The notes beneath the pieces are model-generated. The model did not search any database and was not told the origin of the DNA. It saw only the letters and a program-made list of their open reading frames with translations. From an uncultured beta proteobacterium (GTDB lineage Bacteria; Pseudomonadota; Gammaproteobacteria; Burkholderiales; Burkholderiaceae_F): 64,000 nucleotides of DNA. A program made the translations under genes and the position numbers. The DNA is taken from NCBI GenBank assembly GCA_963811265.1, contig CAWEQS010000026.1:567756-631755 (forward strand). Reading direction: 5' to 3'. Of the stretch, positions 39,005 to 52,221 are shown piece after piece. Positions within the stretch are counted from its first letter, which is position 1; every line of letters begins with the position of its first letter.

Positions 39005-40156
39005 TCAATCCCACGAGAGAGCGCCGCCCGACTGGTACTCGATGACGCGCGTCTCGAAGAAGTTGCGCTCCTTCTTCAGGTCGATCATCTCGCTCATCCA
39101 CGGGAACGGGTTCTCCTCCTGCGGGAACATCGCCTCGATGCCGATCTGCTGCGCGCGGCGGTTCGCGATGTAGCGCAGGTAGCCCTTGAACATCGGCGCG
39201 TTCAGGCCTAGCACGCCGCGCGGCATCGTGTCTTCCGCGTAGGCGTACTCGAGGTCGACCGCCTTCCGGAACAACGCCCTGACTTCCTCGCGGAACTCCG
39301 GCGTCCACAACTGCGGGTTCTCGAGCTTGATCTGGTTGATCAGGTCGATGCCGAAATTGCAGTGCATCGACTCGTCACGCAGGATGTACTGGTACTGCTC
39401 GGCCGCCCCGGTCATCTTGTTCTGCCGACCCAACGCCAGGATCTGGGTGAAGCCGACGTAGAAGAACAGGCCTTCCATCAGGCAGGCGAAGACGATCAGG
39501 CTCTTCAGCAGCTTCTGGTCGTTCTCGATCGTCCCCGTCCTGAAGTGGGGATCGGTCAGGGTGTCGATGAACGGGATGAGGAACTCGTCCTTGGCGCGGA
39601 TCGAGCCGACCTCGTGATAAGCGTTGAAGATTTCGCCCTCGTCCAGGCCCAGCGATTCGACGATGTACTGGTACGCATGGGTGTGGATCGCCTCCTCGAA
39701 GGCCTGGCGAAGCAGGAACTGGCGGCACTCCGGCGCCGTGATGTGCCGGTAGGTGCCGAGGACGATGTTGTTGGCGGCCAGCGAGTCGGCCGTGACGAAG
39801 AAGCCGAGGTTGCGCCGGATGACCCGCCGCTCATCCTCCGTCAAGCCGTTGGGATCCTTCCACAGCGCGATGTCCCGCGACATGTTGATCTCCTGCGGCA
39901 TCCAGTGATTCGCGCAGGTCGCGAGGTACTTCTCCCAGGCCCACTTGTACTTGAACGGGACCAGCTGGTTGACGTCGGTCTGGCCGTTGATGATCCGCTT
40001 GTCCGCCGCGTTGACGCGGCGCATGTCCGGCGCGGCCGCAACGGCCGCGACCGGCGCCACATTCGCCACGGGCCGCGCAGCCGGCGTCACCGGCTGCAGG
40101 CCGGTCATCGGAACCGCGGGGGGTTGAGAGGTCGGGGTGTCGTCCCACGCCAGCAT
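39005..40156 (-). CDS. nrdB: class Ia ribonucleotide reductase beta subunit
   Basis: 383 aa from the ATG at 40154-40156 (MLAWDD...). Iron/radical-site blocks are [13 protein letters not shown] and [11 protein letters not shown]. Confidence 0.95.
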   Translation of the reverse strand: MLAWDDTPTSQPPAVPMTGLQPVTPAARPVANVAPVAAVAAAPDMRRVNAADKRIINGQTDVNQLVPFKYKWAWEKYLATCANHWMPQEINMSRDIALWKDPNGLTEDERRVIRRNLGFFVTADSLAANNIVLGTYRHITAPECRQFLLRQAFEEAIHTHAYQYIVESLGLDEGEIFNAYHEVGSIRAKDEFLIPFIDTLTDPHFRTGTIENDQKLLKSLIVFACLMEGLFFYVGFTQILALGRQNKMTGAAEQYQYILRDESMHCNFGIDLINQIKLENPQLWTPEFREEVRALFRKAVDLEYAYAEDTMPRGVLGLNAPMFKGYLRYIANRRAQQIGIEAMFPQEENPFPWMSEMIDLKKERNFFETRVIEYQSGGALSWD

Positions 40157-40179
40157 GTTCTTGCTTCTCCTTCGTTTCG

Positions 40180-43101
<2,922 letters not shown>

Positions 43102-43280
43102 GCGTCCTCCGGATCCTGTCTGGTGTTCCGGAGCCGACAGCCCGCGTGTCACGACGACACACAATCCCTAGTCAGCCCCGCTTCGCGATTTCAACCGCCG
43201 CCGCCGCCCCGATGCCCGGCGCCGTATTGAGTCTCCCGCGCGCCGTCTCCGTCGAAGAGTCCGCCGCGCTTGCCGGCCGA

Positions 43281-43296
43281 ACACAAGATATTGTGG
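43281..43296. promoter_or_regulatory. NrdR box 1
   Basis: ACACAAGATATTGTGG matches the 16-bp NrdR palindrome acaCwAtATaTwGtgt at 14 of 16 positions. Confidence 0.7.
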
Positions 43297-43311
43297 TCTC
43301 TTGCGTTCCCG

Positions 43312-43327
43312 GCACTATTTGTTGTGT
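43312..43327. promoter_or_regulatory. NrdR box 2
   Basis: GCACTATTTGTTGTGT matches the NrdR consensus at 13 of 16 positions. It is 31 bp from box 1, about three helical turns, which is the usual tandem arrangement. Confidence 0.65.
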
Positions 43328-43332
43328 GCCAG

Positions 43333-43360
43333 ATCATAGGCAAATTTTTCTTTTGGTCAA
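43333..43360 (-). promoter_or_regulatory. nrdAB sigma70-like promoter TTGACC-N16-TATGAT
   Basis: The minus strand reads TTGACCaaaagaaaaatttgccTATGAT, immediately upstream of NrdR box 2 in an AT-rich patch. Confidence 0.55.
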
Positions 43361-43426
43361 CAGGAGAGTGACGCGCGGCGGGCCGAAGGCCGCCTCGATC
43401 TCCCGGCGACGGACGCCGAGTAACCG

Positions 43427-43996
43427 CTATCGAACGGTCGCGCGCGAGGAAGGAAGGGAGACCGAACCGGGAAGCGAGAGCCGGGCCCAGTCGAAGAAGG
43501 GACCGGGATCGGTCTTGCGGCCGCCTGCGATTTCGCTGTGCCCGCACACCGCGCGCACCGGGTACGAGCCAAGCACCGCTGCGAGCGCTTCGTTGAGCGC
43601 CGCGTACTGAGCATCGGTGAAGGCGTCGAAGTCGCTGCCCTCGAGTTCGATGCCGATGGAGAAGTCGTTGCAGCGCGGACGTCCGTCGAACGCCGAAGCG
43701 CCGGCGTGCCACGCACGGCGGTCGAACGAAGCAAACTGGGTGATCGTCCCGTCGCGCTCGATCAACAGGTGGGCGGACACGCGCGCGCCGGCGACCTCCG
43801 CGAAGAACGGATGCGCGCTCGGATCGAGGCAGTTCGTGAACAGCGCCTGCACGTTCCGCAGGCCGTACTCGCCGGGCGGCAGGCTGATGTTGTGGATGAC
43901 GACGAGTTCAACCAGTTCTCCGGACGGTCGATCGTCGACATTCGGCGTCGGCAGACGGGCAACGCCCTGCAGCCAGCCGTCAACCACTCTCGTCAT
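43427..43996 (-). CDS. ampD: 1,6-anhydro-N-acetylmuramyl-L-alanine amidase
   Basis: 189 aa from the ATG at 43994-43996 (MTRVVDGW...). Motifs include VVIHNISLPPGE, HLLIERDGTITQF, RAWHAG and FSIGIELEG. Confidence 0.92.
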   Translation of the reverse strand: MTRVVDGWLQGVARLPTPNVDDRPSGELVELVVIHNISLPPGEYGLRNVQALFTNCLDPSAHPFFAEVAGARVSAHLLIERDGTITQFASFDRRAWHAGASAFDGRPRCNDFSIGIELEGSDFDAFTDAQYAALNEALAAVLGSYPVRAVCGHSEIAGGRKTDPGPFFDWARLSLPGSVSLPSSRATVR

Positions 43997-44027
43997 CGCG
44001 GAAACCCGGCCGCAACGGACGACACTG

Positions 44028-45458
44028 TCACTTGATCGCCAGGCGCTGCATGCGATACCGCAGTTGCCGGAACGTGATTCCCAGCAGTTGCGCGGCGGCC
44101 GTCCGGTTGTAGCGAGTGCGTTCGAGCGCACGCCGGATGGCATCGCGCTCCATCGAGTCGAGGTACGACGGCAGGGGCGACGGCACGCCGTCGACCAATT
44201 CAAAGTCACCGGGTGCTGCCGGTTCGCCGACATCCGGCAAAGCCGGGCTCGACCCGTCCGCGCACACAGCCTCCACATCGGCAGGAAGGTCCGCTTCCCA
44301 CCCCGGCAACGCGAGGTCGTCCTCCATCAGGAGGTCGTCCCGCGCCAGGGCCACGGCACGCTCGAGGATGTTCTCGAGCTCCCGCACATTGCCCGGGAAG
44401 CGATAGCTTCGAAGCGCGGCGATGGCCACGGGGGACAGCCGAGGCGGCGGCCGACCAGTTCGCTCGGCGATCCGCGCAAGGATCGCGCCGGCGAGTTGTG
44501 GAACGTCGTCGAGCCGATCGCGCAGCGGTGGCACGCGCACCTCGATGACGTTCAGGCGGTAGAACAGGTCCTGCCGGAACCGTCCTTTCGACACCAGTGC
44601 CGCGAGATCCTGGTGCGTCGCGCTGACGATCCTCACGTCGACCGGCTCTTCCGACGAGGCTCCCACCTTGCGGACCCGGCGCTCCTGTATCGCTCGCAGC
44701 AACTTGACCTGCATCGCCAGCGGCAGCTCGGCAACCTCGTCGAGGAACAACGTGCCCCCGGCCGCCGCCTGGAAGAAGCCGTCGCGGTCGCGGTCCGCCC
44801 CGGTGAAAGCGCCCTTCCGGTATCCGAAGAACTCCGCCTCCATCAGGGTTTCCGGAATCGCGCCGCAGTTCACCGGCACGAATGGCTGGAGGCCTCGGCT
44901 CGAGGCGTCATGGATCGCCCTCGCCGCCAGTTCCTTGCCGCTGCCCGACTCGCCATGGATCATCACCGGAGCCATGCTGCCGGCAAGCCGCACGATGATC
45001 CCGCGCAACTGCCGCATGGCCGGCGAGTCACCGGTGAGGCGGGCCAGCGCAGGCGGGACGGCGTTCCCTTCCCCGGCAGCGCCGACTCTCACGGCGGAGC
45101 GAACAAGCATGCGCAACTGCTCGACGTCGACCGGCTTCGTCAGGTAGTCGAATGCCCCGGCCTTCAGCGCCGCCACCGCGTTCTCCGCGCTGCCGTAGGC
45201 CGTGATGACCGCGATCGGCGGACCCGCCGACTGCGCGACGTCGCGCACGAGATCCAGGCCGGTTCCATCGGGCAGTCGCATGTCGGTCAGGCATAGCGAG
45301 TAGCGCCGCTCGCCGAGCCGTGCGCGCGCCACGGCAACCGACTCGGCGGTGTCCACGTCGAGGCCCAGGCGCAGCAGCGTCAGCGACAGCAGTTCGCGCA
45401 GATCCGCCTCGTCGTCGACGACGAGGACCGCGGGCACGCGACCCGGCGCGCGCCGCAC
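44028..45458 (-). CDS. pilR: sigma-54-dependent response regulator (NtrC family, PilR-like)
   Basis: 476 aa. It has a receiver domain (VLVVDDE...CLTDMRLPDG), an AAA+ domain (GESGSGKE, GAFTGA, ESELFGH-like EAEFFGY) and a C-terminal Fis-type HTH. It is adjacent to a PilS-like kinase. Confidence 0.8.
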   Translation of the reverse strand: MRRAPGRVPAVLVVDDEADLRELLSLTLLRLGLDVDTAESVAVARARLGERRYSLCLTDMRLPDGTGLDLVRDVAQSAGPPIAVITAYGSAENAVAALKAGAFDYLTKPVDVEQLRMLVRSAVRVGAAGEGNAVPPALARLTGDSPAMRQLRGIIVRLAGSMAPVMIHGESGSGKELAARAIHDASSRGLQPFVPVNCGAIPETLMEAEFFGYRKGAFTGADRDRDGFFQAAAGGTLFLDEVAELPLAMQVKLLRAIQERRVRKVGASSEEPVDVRIVSATHQDLAALVSKGRFRQDLFYRLNVIEVRVPPLRDRLDDVPQLAGAILARIAERTGRPPPRLSPVAIAALRSYRFPGNVRELENILERAVALARDDLLMEDDLALPGWEADLPADVEAVCADGSSPALPDVGEPAAPGDFELVDGVPSPLPSYLDSMERDAIRRALERTRYNRTAAAQLLGITFRQLRYRMQRLAIK

Positions 45459-45482
45459 TGTCGGACGCAGGTGGCATCTCGT

Positions 45483-47243
45483 TCATGAGAGCGGGATCGT
45501 ATCGAGGAAGCCTTGCGGATCGACGCCCTGCGTCGAGCCTCGGCCGAAGCGCAGCAGGAACCCGTCGCGCATCGATCCATCGAGTTCACGGCGTGTGCCG
45601 TAGCCCAGCTCTGCCCGATTGGTCACGCAAAACTCCCGCGCCAGATACAGACCCAGGCCCGTGCCCTGCGACCGGGTTGTGTAGAACGGTTCGAACAGCG
45701 CCGGGCGGGTGTCGAGCGGCACGCCGGGGCCGTCGTCGAACACCCAAAGCTGCGAACGGTCGCCCTCCGGCGACATCTCGATCAGGATGGTGACCGACCC
45801 GGCCTGGCCGGACGCGTACCTCAGCGCGTTGTCCACGAGGTTGTACAGCACTTGCCGGAGATGGGATTGCTCGAATTTGACGTGCAATCCCGGTGGAGCG
45901 TCGACCTTGATCACGCCGTCGGCGAGGCCCCTGTCCCGTACGAACTCCTCGAGGAAGTCACGGACGAAAGCGGCGATCTCCAGCTGGTCGCCGAGCGGCG
46001 GCTCGCGCCTGGCAACGCGAAGCACGTCTTCCACGAGCCGGTTCAGACGCTTGGTGTTCTCGCTCACGATGGCCGCCAGCCGCTTCAGCGCCGGATCGGT
46101 GGCGTCCTCACCCAGCAGCTGGCCCGCGTGACTGATGGCCGCCAGCGGATTGCGGATTTCGTGCGCGATCGAGGCGGTGAGGCGTCCCATCGCCGCGAGC
46201 TTCAACTGCTGGGCCCGATCCTCGACGTCCCGGACGTCCTCCATGAAGATCAGGAACTCGTCGCCAGCCGTGGATGTCGGTCGCGCGAACCGCGCCCTGA
46301 TCCGCGACTCCGTGCCGTGCGTCGCATCCGCGCCCGCCGTCGGCGTATTGGTCCAGCCGCCCTCGCCGCGCCCGCTGTCCAGCCACGAAACGAAAGCCGC
46401 GGCCAGTTCGCGGGCCTCCGCGCGATCCGCGAGGCGGGTGCCGGTGAGCTGGGCTTCGGCCGCGAGGCCCAGCATCAGTCGCGCCGCCCGGTTGTTCGCA
46501 CGCACGCGCGTCGTCCGATCGACCACGATCACGCCCTGCTCCATCTGCGCGATGACGAGCCGGTTGATGGCGAGCTGGTTCTGCAGGTCGCGCCCACGCG
46601 TGCGCGCCAGCCGCTCCTGCTGCGCCAGTCGTGTGCTCAGCGCGCGCAGCAAGGCGGTCACCGCAAAGAGGGCCGCTCCGTACACGCCGGCCTGGAAGAG
46701 GAGCGGATCCGACGAGCCGCGCGCGATCGAGCGCACGCCCGCGTCGGCCAGGATCGTCAGCACGGCCAGCGCGCAGATGAAGAACACGAGCAGCGACGGC
46801 AACAGCAGCGAGGCGCCGGCCAGCGGAAGGAGGAACAGGATGACCCACCCCGACGCGACGCCGCCCCCGGTCACCACGAGCACGCCGATCGCGGCCACGT
46901 CGAGCAGCAATTGACCGATGACTTGCGCGAGGAACCGGCGATGAACGTAGAGGGCGAGGCCGGCGAATACGGCGCCCAGCACGAAGTAGAGCAGCGACGT
47001 CAGCAGCACCCACTGCGGCTCTCCCGGGGCCGAGAGGGGGCGCACGCCGGAGGCGGCGCTCGCCAGCACCAGCGCGCTCGCGACGATGACGCGCGTGCTC
47101 GCGAAGTACTCCAGCGTGCGCCAGGGTGCCGCGCCGGGGTCGTCCAGCGACTGGTCGAGCAGCGGGTCGATCCTGCGGCCCGCGCCGGAAATCGCCTCGG
47201 CGGTGGCGTCAGGCTGTGGGCGGGTGCCGACGGTGCTCTTCAC
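45483..47243 (-). CDS. pilS: sensor histidine kinase with polytopic N-terminus and PAS domain (PilS-like)
   Basis: 586 aa with about 6 TM helices. It has the H-box SIAHEIRNPLAAI and N/G boxes (LYNLVDNALRYA, DDGPGV, GTGLGL). Confidence 0.78.
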   Translation of the reverse strand: MKSTVGTRPQPDATAEAISGAGRRIDPLLDQSLDDPGAAPWRTLEYFASTRVIVASALVLASAASGVRPLSAPGEPQWVLLTSLLYFVLGAVFAGLALYVHRRFLAQVIGQLLLDVAAIGVLVVTGGGVASGWVILFLLPLAGASLLLPSLLVFFICALAVLTILADAGVRSIARGSSDPLLFQAGVYGAALFAVTALLRALSTRLAQQERLARTRGRDLQNQLAINRLVIAQMEQGVIVVDRTTRVRANNRAARLMLGLAAEAQLTGTRLADRAEARELAAAFVSWLDSGRGEGGWTNTPTAGADATHGTESRIRARFARPTSTAGDEFLIFMEDVRDVEDRAQQLKLAAMGRLTASIAHEIRNPLAAISHAGQLLGEDATDPALKRLAAIVSENTKRLNRLVEDVLRVARREPPLGDQLEIAAFVRDFLEEFVRDRGLADGVIKVDAPPGLHVKFEQSHLRQVLYNLVDNALRYASGQAGSVTILIEMSPEGDRSQLWVFDDGPGVPLDTRPALFEPFYTTRSQGTGLGLYLAREFCVTNRAELGYGTRRELDGSMRDGFLLRFGRGSTQGVDPQGFLDTIPLS

Positions 47244-47442
47244 AGCAGAAGTAACGGTCGCCCAGTGGCAAGGCCTCCTGGCGAGGCAGGTGCAGTCCGC
47301 ACGTTGCGCAGCTGACCATCGCCTGGGGCGCCGGCGGCTGCCCCTGGCCCGTGGTGCCGCGATCGCCGCCGCGCCTCTGCATGGATCGCCACACCATGTA
47401 GGCGACGATCGCGAGCAGCAGGAAGAAGACTATGCGTCCCAT
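47209..47442 (-). CDS. PP0621 family small membrane protein with Cys-rich C-terminus
   Basis: 77 aa from the ATG at 47440-47442: MGRIVFFLLLAIVAYMVW (TM helix) ... CATCGLHLPRQEALPLGDRYFCCEEH. It shares one nt with the ypjD stop (TGATG) and overlaps the annotated pilS start by 35 nt. Confidence 0.7.
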   Translation of the reverse strand: MGRIVFFLLLAIVAYMVWRSMQRRGGDRGTTGQGQPPAPQAMVSCATCGLHLPRQEALPLGDRYFCCEEHRRHPPTA

Positions 47443-48281
47443 CAGGTTCGTTGCAGCAGGACTTCGAGGACGAAACGGCTGCCGACGTAGGCCAGCATCA
47501 GCATCGCGAAGCCGGTCAGGGTCCAGCGCAACGCGGTGCGACCCCGCCAGCCGAAGACGACCCGGCCGACGAGCAGCGCGCCGAAGACGAACCATGCGGC
47601 GAAGGTGAAGATCGTCTTGTGGTCGAGCCGCAGCGCCCGGCCGAAGATCTCCTCGGAGAAGAAGACCCCGCTGATCAGCGTCGCCGTGAGCAGCACGAAG
47701 CCCGCGCCGATCAGGCGGAACAGCACCGTCTCCATCGACAGCAGCGGCGGCAGCCTGTCGAGGAAGTGCGCCAGCCTGCCGGCGCCGCCGGAGTTGTCGC
47801 CGTGGAGTCTTCGGTCCATCGAGGCCATCAACAGCGCCTGCATCGCCGCAATCGTGAGGAGGCTGTAGGCGAGGATCGCGAGGAGCAGGTGCAGCCGGAA
47901 CAGCGGGGCGTCGGTGGACTGGCCGAGGATTGCACCGGGATAGGCCGCCGGCAGCAGCGTCGTCACCGCGGCGAGCGGCAGCACCAGGAGGAAGAGCCCG
48001 CGCGAGGCCGAGAAGAACGACTCGACCCAGATGATGATTGCGGTGATCCAGAGCGTTGCGGACAGCGCGTGGGCGAAGCCGAATCGAAGCTGCCCGTCCA
48101 CGTACACGCCGTGAACCAGCAGCACGCCGTGCAGTCCGATCGCGAGCGCCAGCACCGGGCCGTGCCAGATCGGCGGCTTGGCCGTTTCACTCTCGAGGTT
48201 GAGCCACTCGCGCCAGGCGACGAACAGATAGAGCACGGCAACGGCGCCGTACAATACGAGCCATTCGGGGCGTAGCGGCAT
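47442..48281 (-). CDS. ypjD: cytochrome c assembly (CcsA/YpjD) family inner-membrane protein
   Basis: 279 aa and polytopic. It is divergent from ffh, as in the conserved ypjD-ffh arrangement. Confidence 0.8.
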   Translation of the reverse strand: MPLRPEWLVLYGAVAVLYLFVAWREWLNLESETAKPPIWHGPVLALAIGLHGVLLVHGVYVDGQLRFGFAHALSATLWITAIIIWVESFFSASRGLFLLVLPLAAVTTLLPAAYPGAILGQSTDAPLFRLHLLLAILAYSLLTIAAMQALLMASMDRRLHGDNSGGAGRLAHFLDRLPPLLSMETVLFRLIGAGFVLLTATLISGVFFSEEIFGRALRLDHKTIFTFAAWFVFGALLVGRVVFGWRGRTALRWTLTGFAMLMLAYVGSRFVLEVLLQRT

Positions 48282-48328
48282 GAATCTTTATACCATGCAG
48301 GCGTCCTCTTCTCGCTGACCTCCCCCTC

Positions 48329-49708
48329 ATGCTGGAACAACTCACCACCAAGCTCGCACGCGTCGTCAAGACGATGCGTGGCCAGGCACGCCTCACCGAA
48401 GAGAACATGCAGGAGATGCTGCGCGAAGTGCGCGTGGCCCTGCTCGAGGCGGACGTCGCGCTTCCGGTGGTGCGCGAGTTCCTCGCCCGCATCAAGGAGA
48501 AGGCGCTCGGCGAGGAAGTCGTGGGGAGCCTCTCGCCCGGCCAGGCGCTGGTCGGAGTGGTTCAGCGCGAACTGACGCAGTTGATGGGCGGCGACCTCGC
48601 GGAGCGGGAGCGCGACATCAATCTCGCGACCCAGCCACCCGCGGTGATCCTGCTCGCGGGCCTGCAGGGCGCCGGCAAGACGACGACCGCGGGCAAGCTC
48701 GCGCGCTGGCTGAAGGAAGAGCGCAAGAAGAAGGTGCTGGCCGTTTCGACCGACGTCTACCGCCCGGCTGCGATCGACCAGCTGAAGACCGTCGCCGGCC
48801 AGGCCGGAGCGGAGTTCTTTCCCTCGTCGACGGGCGACCTGCCCGTGGACATCGCCGCCCGCGCGCTGGACCATGCGAAGCGCCACTTCTTCGACGTGCT
48901 GATCGTCGACACGGCGGGCCGCCTCGCCATCGACGAGGAGATGATGCAGGAGGTGGCCGCGCTCGAAGCGCGGCTGCAGCCGATCGAAACGCTCTTCGTC
49001 GTGGACGCGATGCTCGGCCAGGACGCGGTGAACACGGCCAAGGCGTTCTCCGAGCGCCTGCCCCTGACGGGCGTGATCCTCACCAAGCTCGATGGCGACT
49101 CGCGCGGCGGCGCCGCCCTGTCCGTCCGCCATGTCACCGGCAAGCCCATCAAGTTCGTCGGCATCGGCGAGAAGCTCTCCGGGTTCGAGCGCTTCCAGCC
49201 CGAAGGCATGGCGAGCCGTGTCCTCGGCATGGGGGACATCGTTGCGCTCGTCGAGGACGTCAAGAAGTCGGTCGACGTCGAAAGCGCTCAGAAGCTCGCC
49301 AAGCGGATGCAGTCCGGCGAGAAGTTCGACCTGAACGACTTCCGCGAGCAGATCGGCCAGATGCGGAAGATGGGCGGGCTTTCGAGCATGCTCGACAAGC
49401 TGCCGGCACAGTTCGCCCAGGCCGCGAGCCAGGTGAATCCCGCCGACAGCGAGAAGCAGATCCGCCGCATCGAAGGGATCATCAGTTCGATGACGCCAGC
49501 CGAGCGGGCGAAGCCGGAGTTGATCAAGGCATCGCGCAAGCGGCGCATCGCGACCGGCGCGGGCGTTCCGGTCCAGGACGTGAACCGCATGCTCAACCAG
49601 TTCGAGCAGATGCAGTCGATGATGAAGCAGATGCGCAAGGGCGGACTGGCGAAGATGATGCGTGGGCTCGGCCGCATGCCGGGAATGCCCGGACTGCCGA
49701 AGCGCTGA
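48329..49708 (+). CDS. ffh: signal recognition particle protein
   Basis: 459 aa. It has GLQGAGKTTT, DTAGR, TKLDGD and a Met-rich M domain. Confidence 0.97.
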   Translation: MLEQLTTKLARVVKTMRGQARLTEENMQEMLREVRVALLEADVALPVVREFLARIKEKALGEEVVGSLSPGQALVGVVQRELTQLMGGDLAERERDINLATQPPAVILLAGLQGAGKTTTAGKLARWLKEERKKKVLAVSTDVYRPAAIDQLKTVAGQAGAEFFPSSTGDLPVDIAARALDHAKRHFFDVLIVDTAGRLAIDEEMMQEVAALEARLQPIETLFVVDAMLGQDAVNTAKAFSERLPLTGVILTKLDGDSRGGAALSVRHVTGKPIKFVGIGEKLSGFERFQPEGMASRVLGMGDIVALVEDVKKSVDVESAQKLAKRMQSGEKFDLNDFREQIGQMRKMGGLSSMLDKLPAQFAQAASQVNPADSEKQIRRIEGIISSMTPAERAKPELIKASRKRRIATGAGVPVQDVNRMLNQFEQMQSMMKQMRKGGLAKMMRGLGRMPGMPGLPKR

Positions 49709-49717
49709 GCCCGGGGA

Positions 49718-50389
49718 TCAGCTGGCGCGACGCGGAGCCGTCGCCGGATCGGCCGGAATGTCCATGGGCGACGGCGCGTAGAACCAGCGGCTCTTCCACG
49801 CGGCGTGCACCGCATCGGGATACTCGCGGCGACCGCGGCTGCCGTTGTAGCGGCCGAGCGCCATGAACAGGTCGCCCTGCTCGATGTCGAGATAGTGGCG
49901 CAGGATCACCGTGCCGTAGCGCAGGTTCGTCCGCATGTCGAACAGCCGCCGCGGATCGCCGTCACCGATCACCTTCGTCCAGAACGGCATGACCTGCATC
50001 AGGCCGCGCGCGCCCGCGACCGAGATCGCGTACTTGCGGAAGTTGCTCTCGACCTGGATCAGGCCGAGCACCATCTGGCGCTCGAGGCCGGCGCGAACGC
50101 ACTCGTAGTCGAGTGTCTTCAGGAACTCGACGCGAAGGTTGAACTCCGGAATCTTCGTCTTCAGCCGTTCGGACATCTCGCCGAGCCAGCCGAGGTGGGC
50201 GACCCGCTGGTTCGGATCATCGATGCGGCGCTCGGGCGGCCGGGCTTCGGCGATCTGCGCCGCCAGCGCGTTGCGGACCGCGTCTGCAAGGGGCTCGTAT
50301 ATCTGCGCACCGGCGAAGGCGGCGCGGGGCACTGCGGCCAGCGCAGCCGCGGAGATCAGGAAGTGCCGCCGGTCGACGATGATCGACAC
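49718..50389 (-). CDS. lytic transglycosylase (SLT domain), periplasmic
   Basis: 223 aa with a Tat/Sec-like leader (RRHFLISAAALAAVP) and the SLT motif VESNFRKYAISVAGARGLMQVMP. Confidence 0.85.
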   Translation of the reverse strand: MSIIVDRRHFLISAAALAAVPRAAFAGAQIYEPLADAVRNALAAQIAEARPPERRIDDPNQRVAHLGWLGEMSERLKTKIPEFNLRVEFLKTLDYECVRAGLERQMVLGLIQVESNFRKYAISVAGARGLMQVMPFWTKVIGDGDPRRLFDMRTNLRYGTVILRHYLDIEQGDLFMALGRYNGSRGRREYPDAVHAAWKSRWFYAPSPMDIPADPATAPRRAS

Positions 50390-50391
50390 GG

Positions 50392-52134
50392 TCAGTGGCG
50401 CGCGAGCCGTTCCCGGACGAAGGAGTAGGCGTCACCGACCGGCACCGTTGTCGTCTGCAACGAACGGCGGTCGACGTACTCGACCTTGCCCTCCTTCAGG
50501 CCCCGCTCGCCGATCGTCATGCGGTGCGGGACGCCGATCAATTCCATTTCGGCGAACATGACGCCCGGCCGCTCGTCGCGATCGTCGAGCAGCACGTCGA
50601 TGCCGGCCGCCTGCAATTCGGCATACAGCTGATCGGCAACCTGGCGCACCTGCTCCGACTTGCCGTACCCGACCGGGGTCAGAACGATCGAGAACGGCGC
50701 AATCGGATCCGGCCAGATGATTCCCTTGTCGTCGTGGTGCTGTTCGATGGCGGCGCCCAGCAGGCGCGTCACCCCGATTCCGTAGCAGCCCATCAGCATG
50801 CGGGCCGGCCTGCCGTTCTCGTCGATGAAGTTGACGTTCATCGTTTCCGGATAGGGCAGCCCCGCGAACACGTGGCCGACCTCGATGCCGCGCTGAATGG
50901 CGAGCACGCCCTTGCCGTCGGGTGACGGATCGCCCGCAACGACATTGCGGACATCGGCAACGTGGGGCTCCGGGAGGTCGCGTCCCCAGTTGACGCCGGT
51001 GTAGTGAAAGTCCTGTTCGTTGGCCCCGGACACGAAGTCGCTCATGTTCGCGACGGTGCGGTCGGCCACGAGCCTGACCGGCTTGCGCGTGCCGATCGGC
51101 CCGAGGTAGCCGGGCTTGCACCCGAACGTGTCGAGGATCTCCGCTTCGGAGGCGAAGCGAAACCCGCCCTTCAGCCCCTCGACCTTGCCGACCTTCACTT
51201 CATTGAGTTCGTGATCACCGCGGATCAGCACGAGCCAGATCTCCGCAGGTCCGGGGTTCCCCGCTTCGTCCGGCCGGTCGACGGCCAGGACGATGGACTT
51301 GACCGTGCGCGCAAGAGGCAGGCCGAGCAGCGCGGCGACGTCTTCGCACTTCTCCTTGCCGGGCGTCGGCGTCTTGGTGAGCGCTTCCGCGGGAGCGTCC
51401 CGCCCGGACAGCAAAGGCAGCGCCTCGGCCATCTCGATGTTGGCCGCGTAGTCGGACGCCGGGCAATAGGCGATCGCGTCCTCGCCGGTGTCGGCGATCA
51501 CCTGGAACTCGTGGCTCGCCTTCCCGCCGATGTTGCCGGTGTCGGCCGCCACGGCGCGAAAGGTCAGCCCCATGCGCTCGAAGATGCGCGTGTAGGCGTC
51601 ATACATGCGGCGATAGCTCGCCATCGCGCCCGCCTCGTCCTTGTCGAACGAGTAGGCATCCTTCATCGTGAACTCACGCCCGCGCATCACGCCGAAGCGC
51701 GGGCGCCGCTCGTCGCGGAACTTGGTCTGGATGTGATAGAAGTTCGCCGGCAGCTGCTTGTAGCTCTTCAGCTCCTCGCGCGCGATATCGACGATGACTT
51801 CCTCGCTCGTCGGCTGGACGATGAAGTCACGCTCGTGGCGGTCCTTCAGGCGCAGCAGTTCCGGCCCCATCTTCTGCCAGCGGCCGGACTCCATCCACAG
51901 TTCCGCTGGCTGCACGACCGGCATCAGGAGCTCGACCGCCCCCGCGCGATTCATCTCTTCGCGGATGATCTGCTCGATCTTGCGGATCGAGCGCAGGCCC
52001 ATCGGCATGTAGGTGTAGATGCCGGCCGCGAGCTTCTTGATCATGCCCGCCCGCAGCATCAGGGAGTGGCTGACCACCTCCGCGTCCGCGGGGGCTTCTT
52101 TCAGTGTCGAGATGAAGAACTGGCGTGCGCGCAT
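50392..52134 (-). CDS. proS: proline--tRNA ligase
   Basis: 580 aa. It starts [30 protein letters not shown] and has class II motifs plus an insertion editing domain. Confidence 0.96.
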   Translation of the reverse strand: MRARQFFISTLKEAPADAEVVSHSLMLRAGMIKKLAAGIYTYMPMGLRSIRKIEQIIREEMNRAGAVELLMPVVQPAELWMESGRWQKMGPELLRLKDRHERDFIVQPTSEEVIVDIAREELKSYKQLPANFYHIQTKFRDERRPRFGVMRGREFTMKDAYSFDKDEAGAMASYRRMYDAYTRIFERMGLTFRAVAADTGNIGGKASHEFQVIADTGEDAIAYCPASDYAANIEMAEALPLLSGRDAPAEALTKTPTPGKEKCEDVAALLGLPLARTVKSIVLAVDRPDEAGNPGPAEIWLVLIRGDHELNEVKVGKVEGLKGGFRFASEAEILDTFGCKPGYLGPIGTRKPVRLVADRTVANMSDFVSGANEQDFHYTGVNWGRDLPEPHVADVRNVVAGDPSPDGKGVLAIQRGIEVGHVFAGLPYPETMNVNFIDENGRPARMLMGCYGIGVTRLLGAAIEQHHDDKGIIWPDPIAPFSIVLTPVGYGKSEQVRQVADQLYAELQAAGIDVLLDDRDERPGVMFAEMELIGVPHRMTIGERGLKEGKVEYVDRRSLQTTTVPVGDAYSFVRERLARH

Positions 52135-52221
52135 GCCGGAGATCCGTGTAGAACCTGTGTTGTGCCCTCGAAAAACCGGCCCCTATAATCGGTCGCAGAT
52201 TCTAAAGGTTCAGGGGTTGGC

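Noticed and set aside
45513-47315. 600-aa plus-strand ORF
   Set aside because: It is antisense to the PilS-like kinase.
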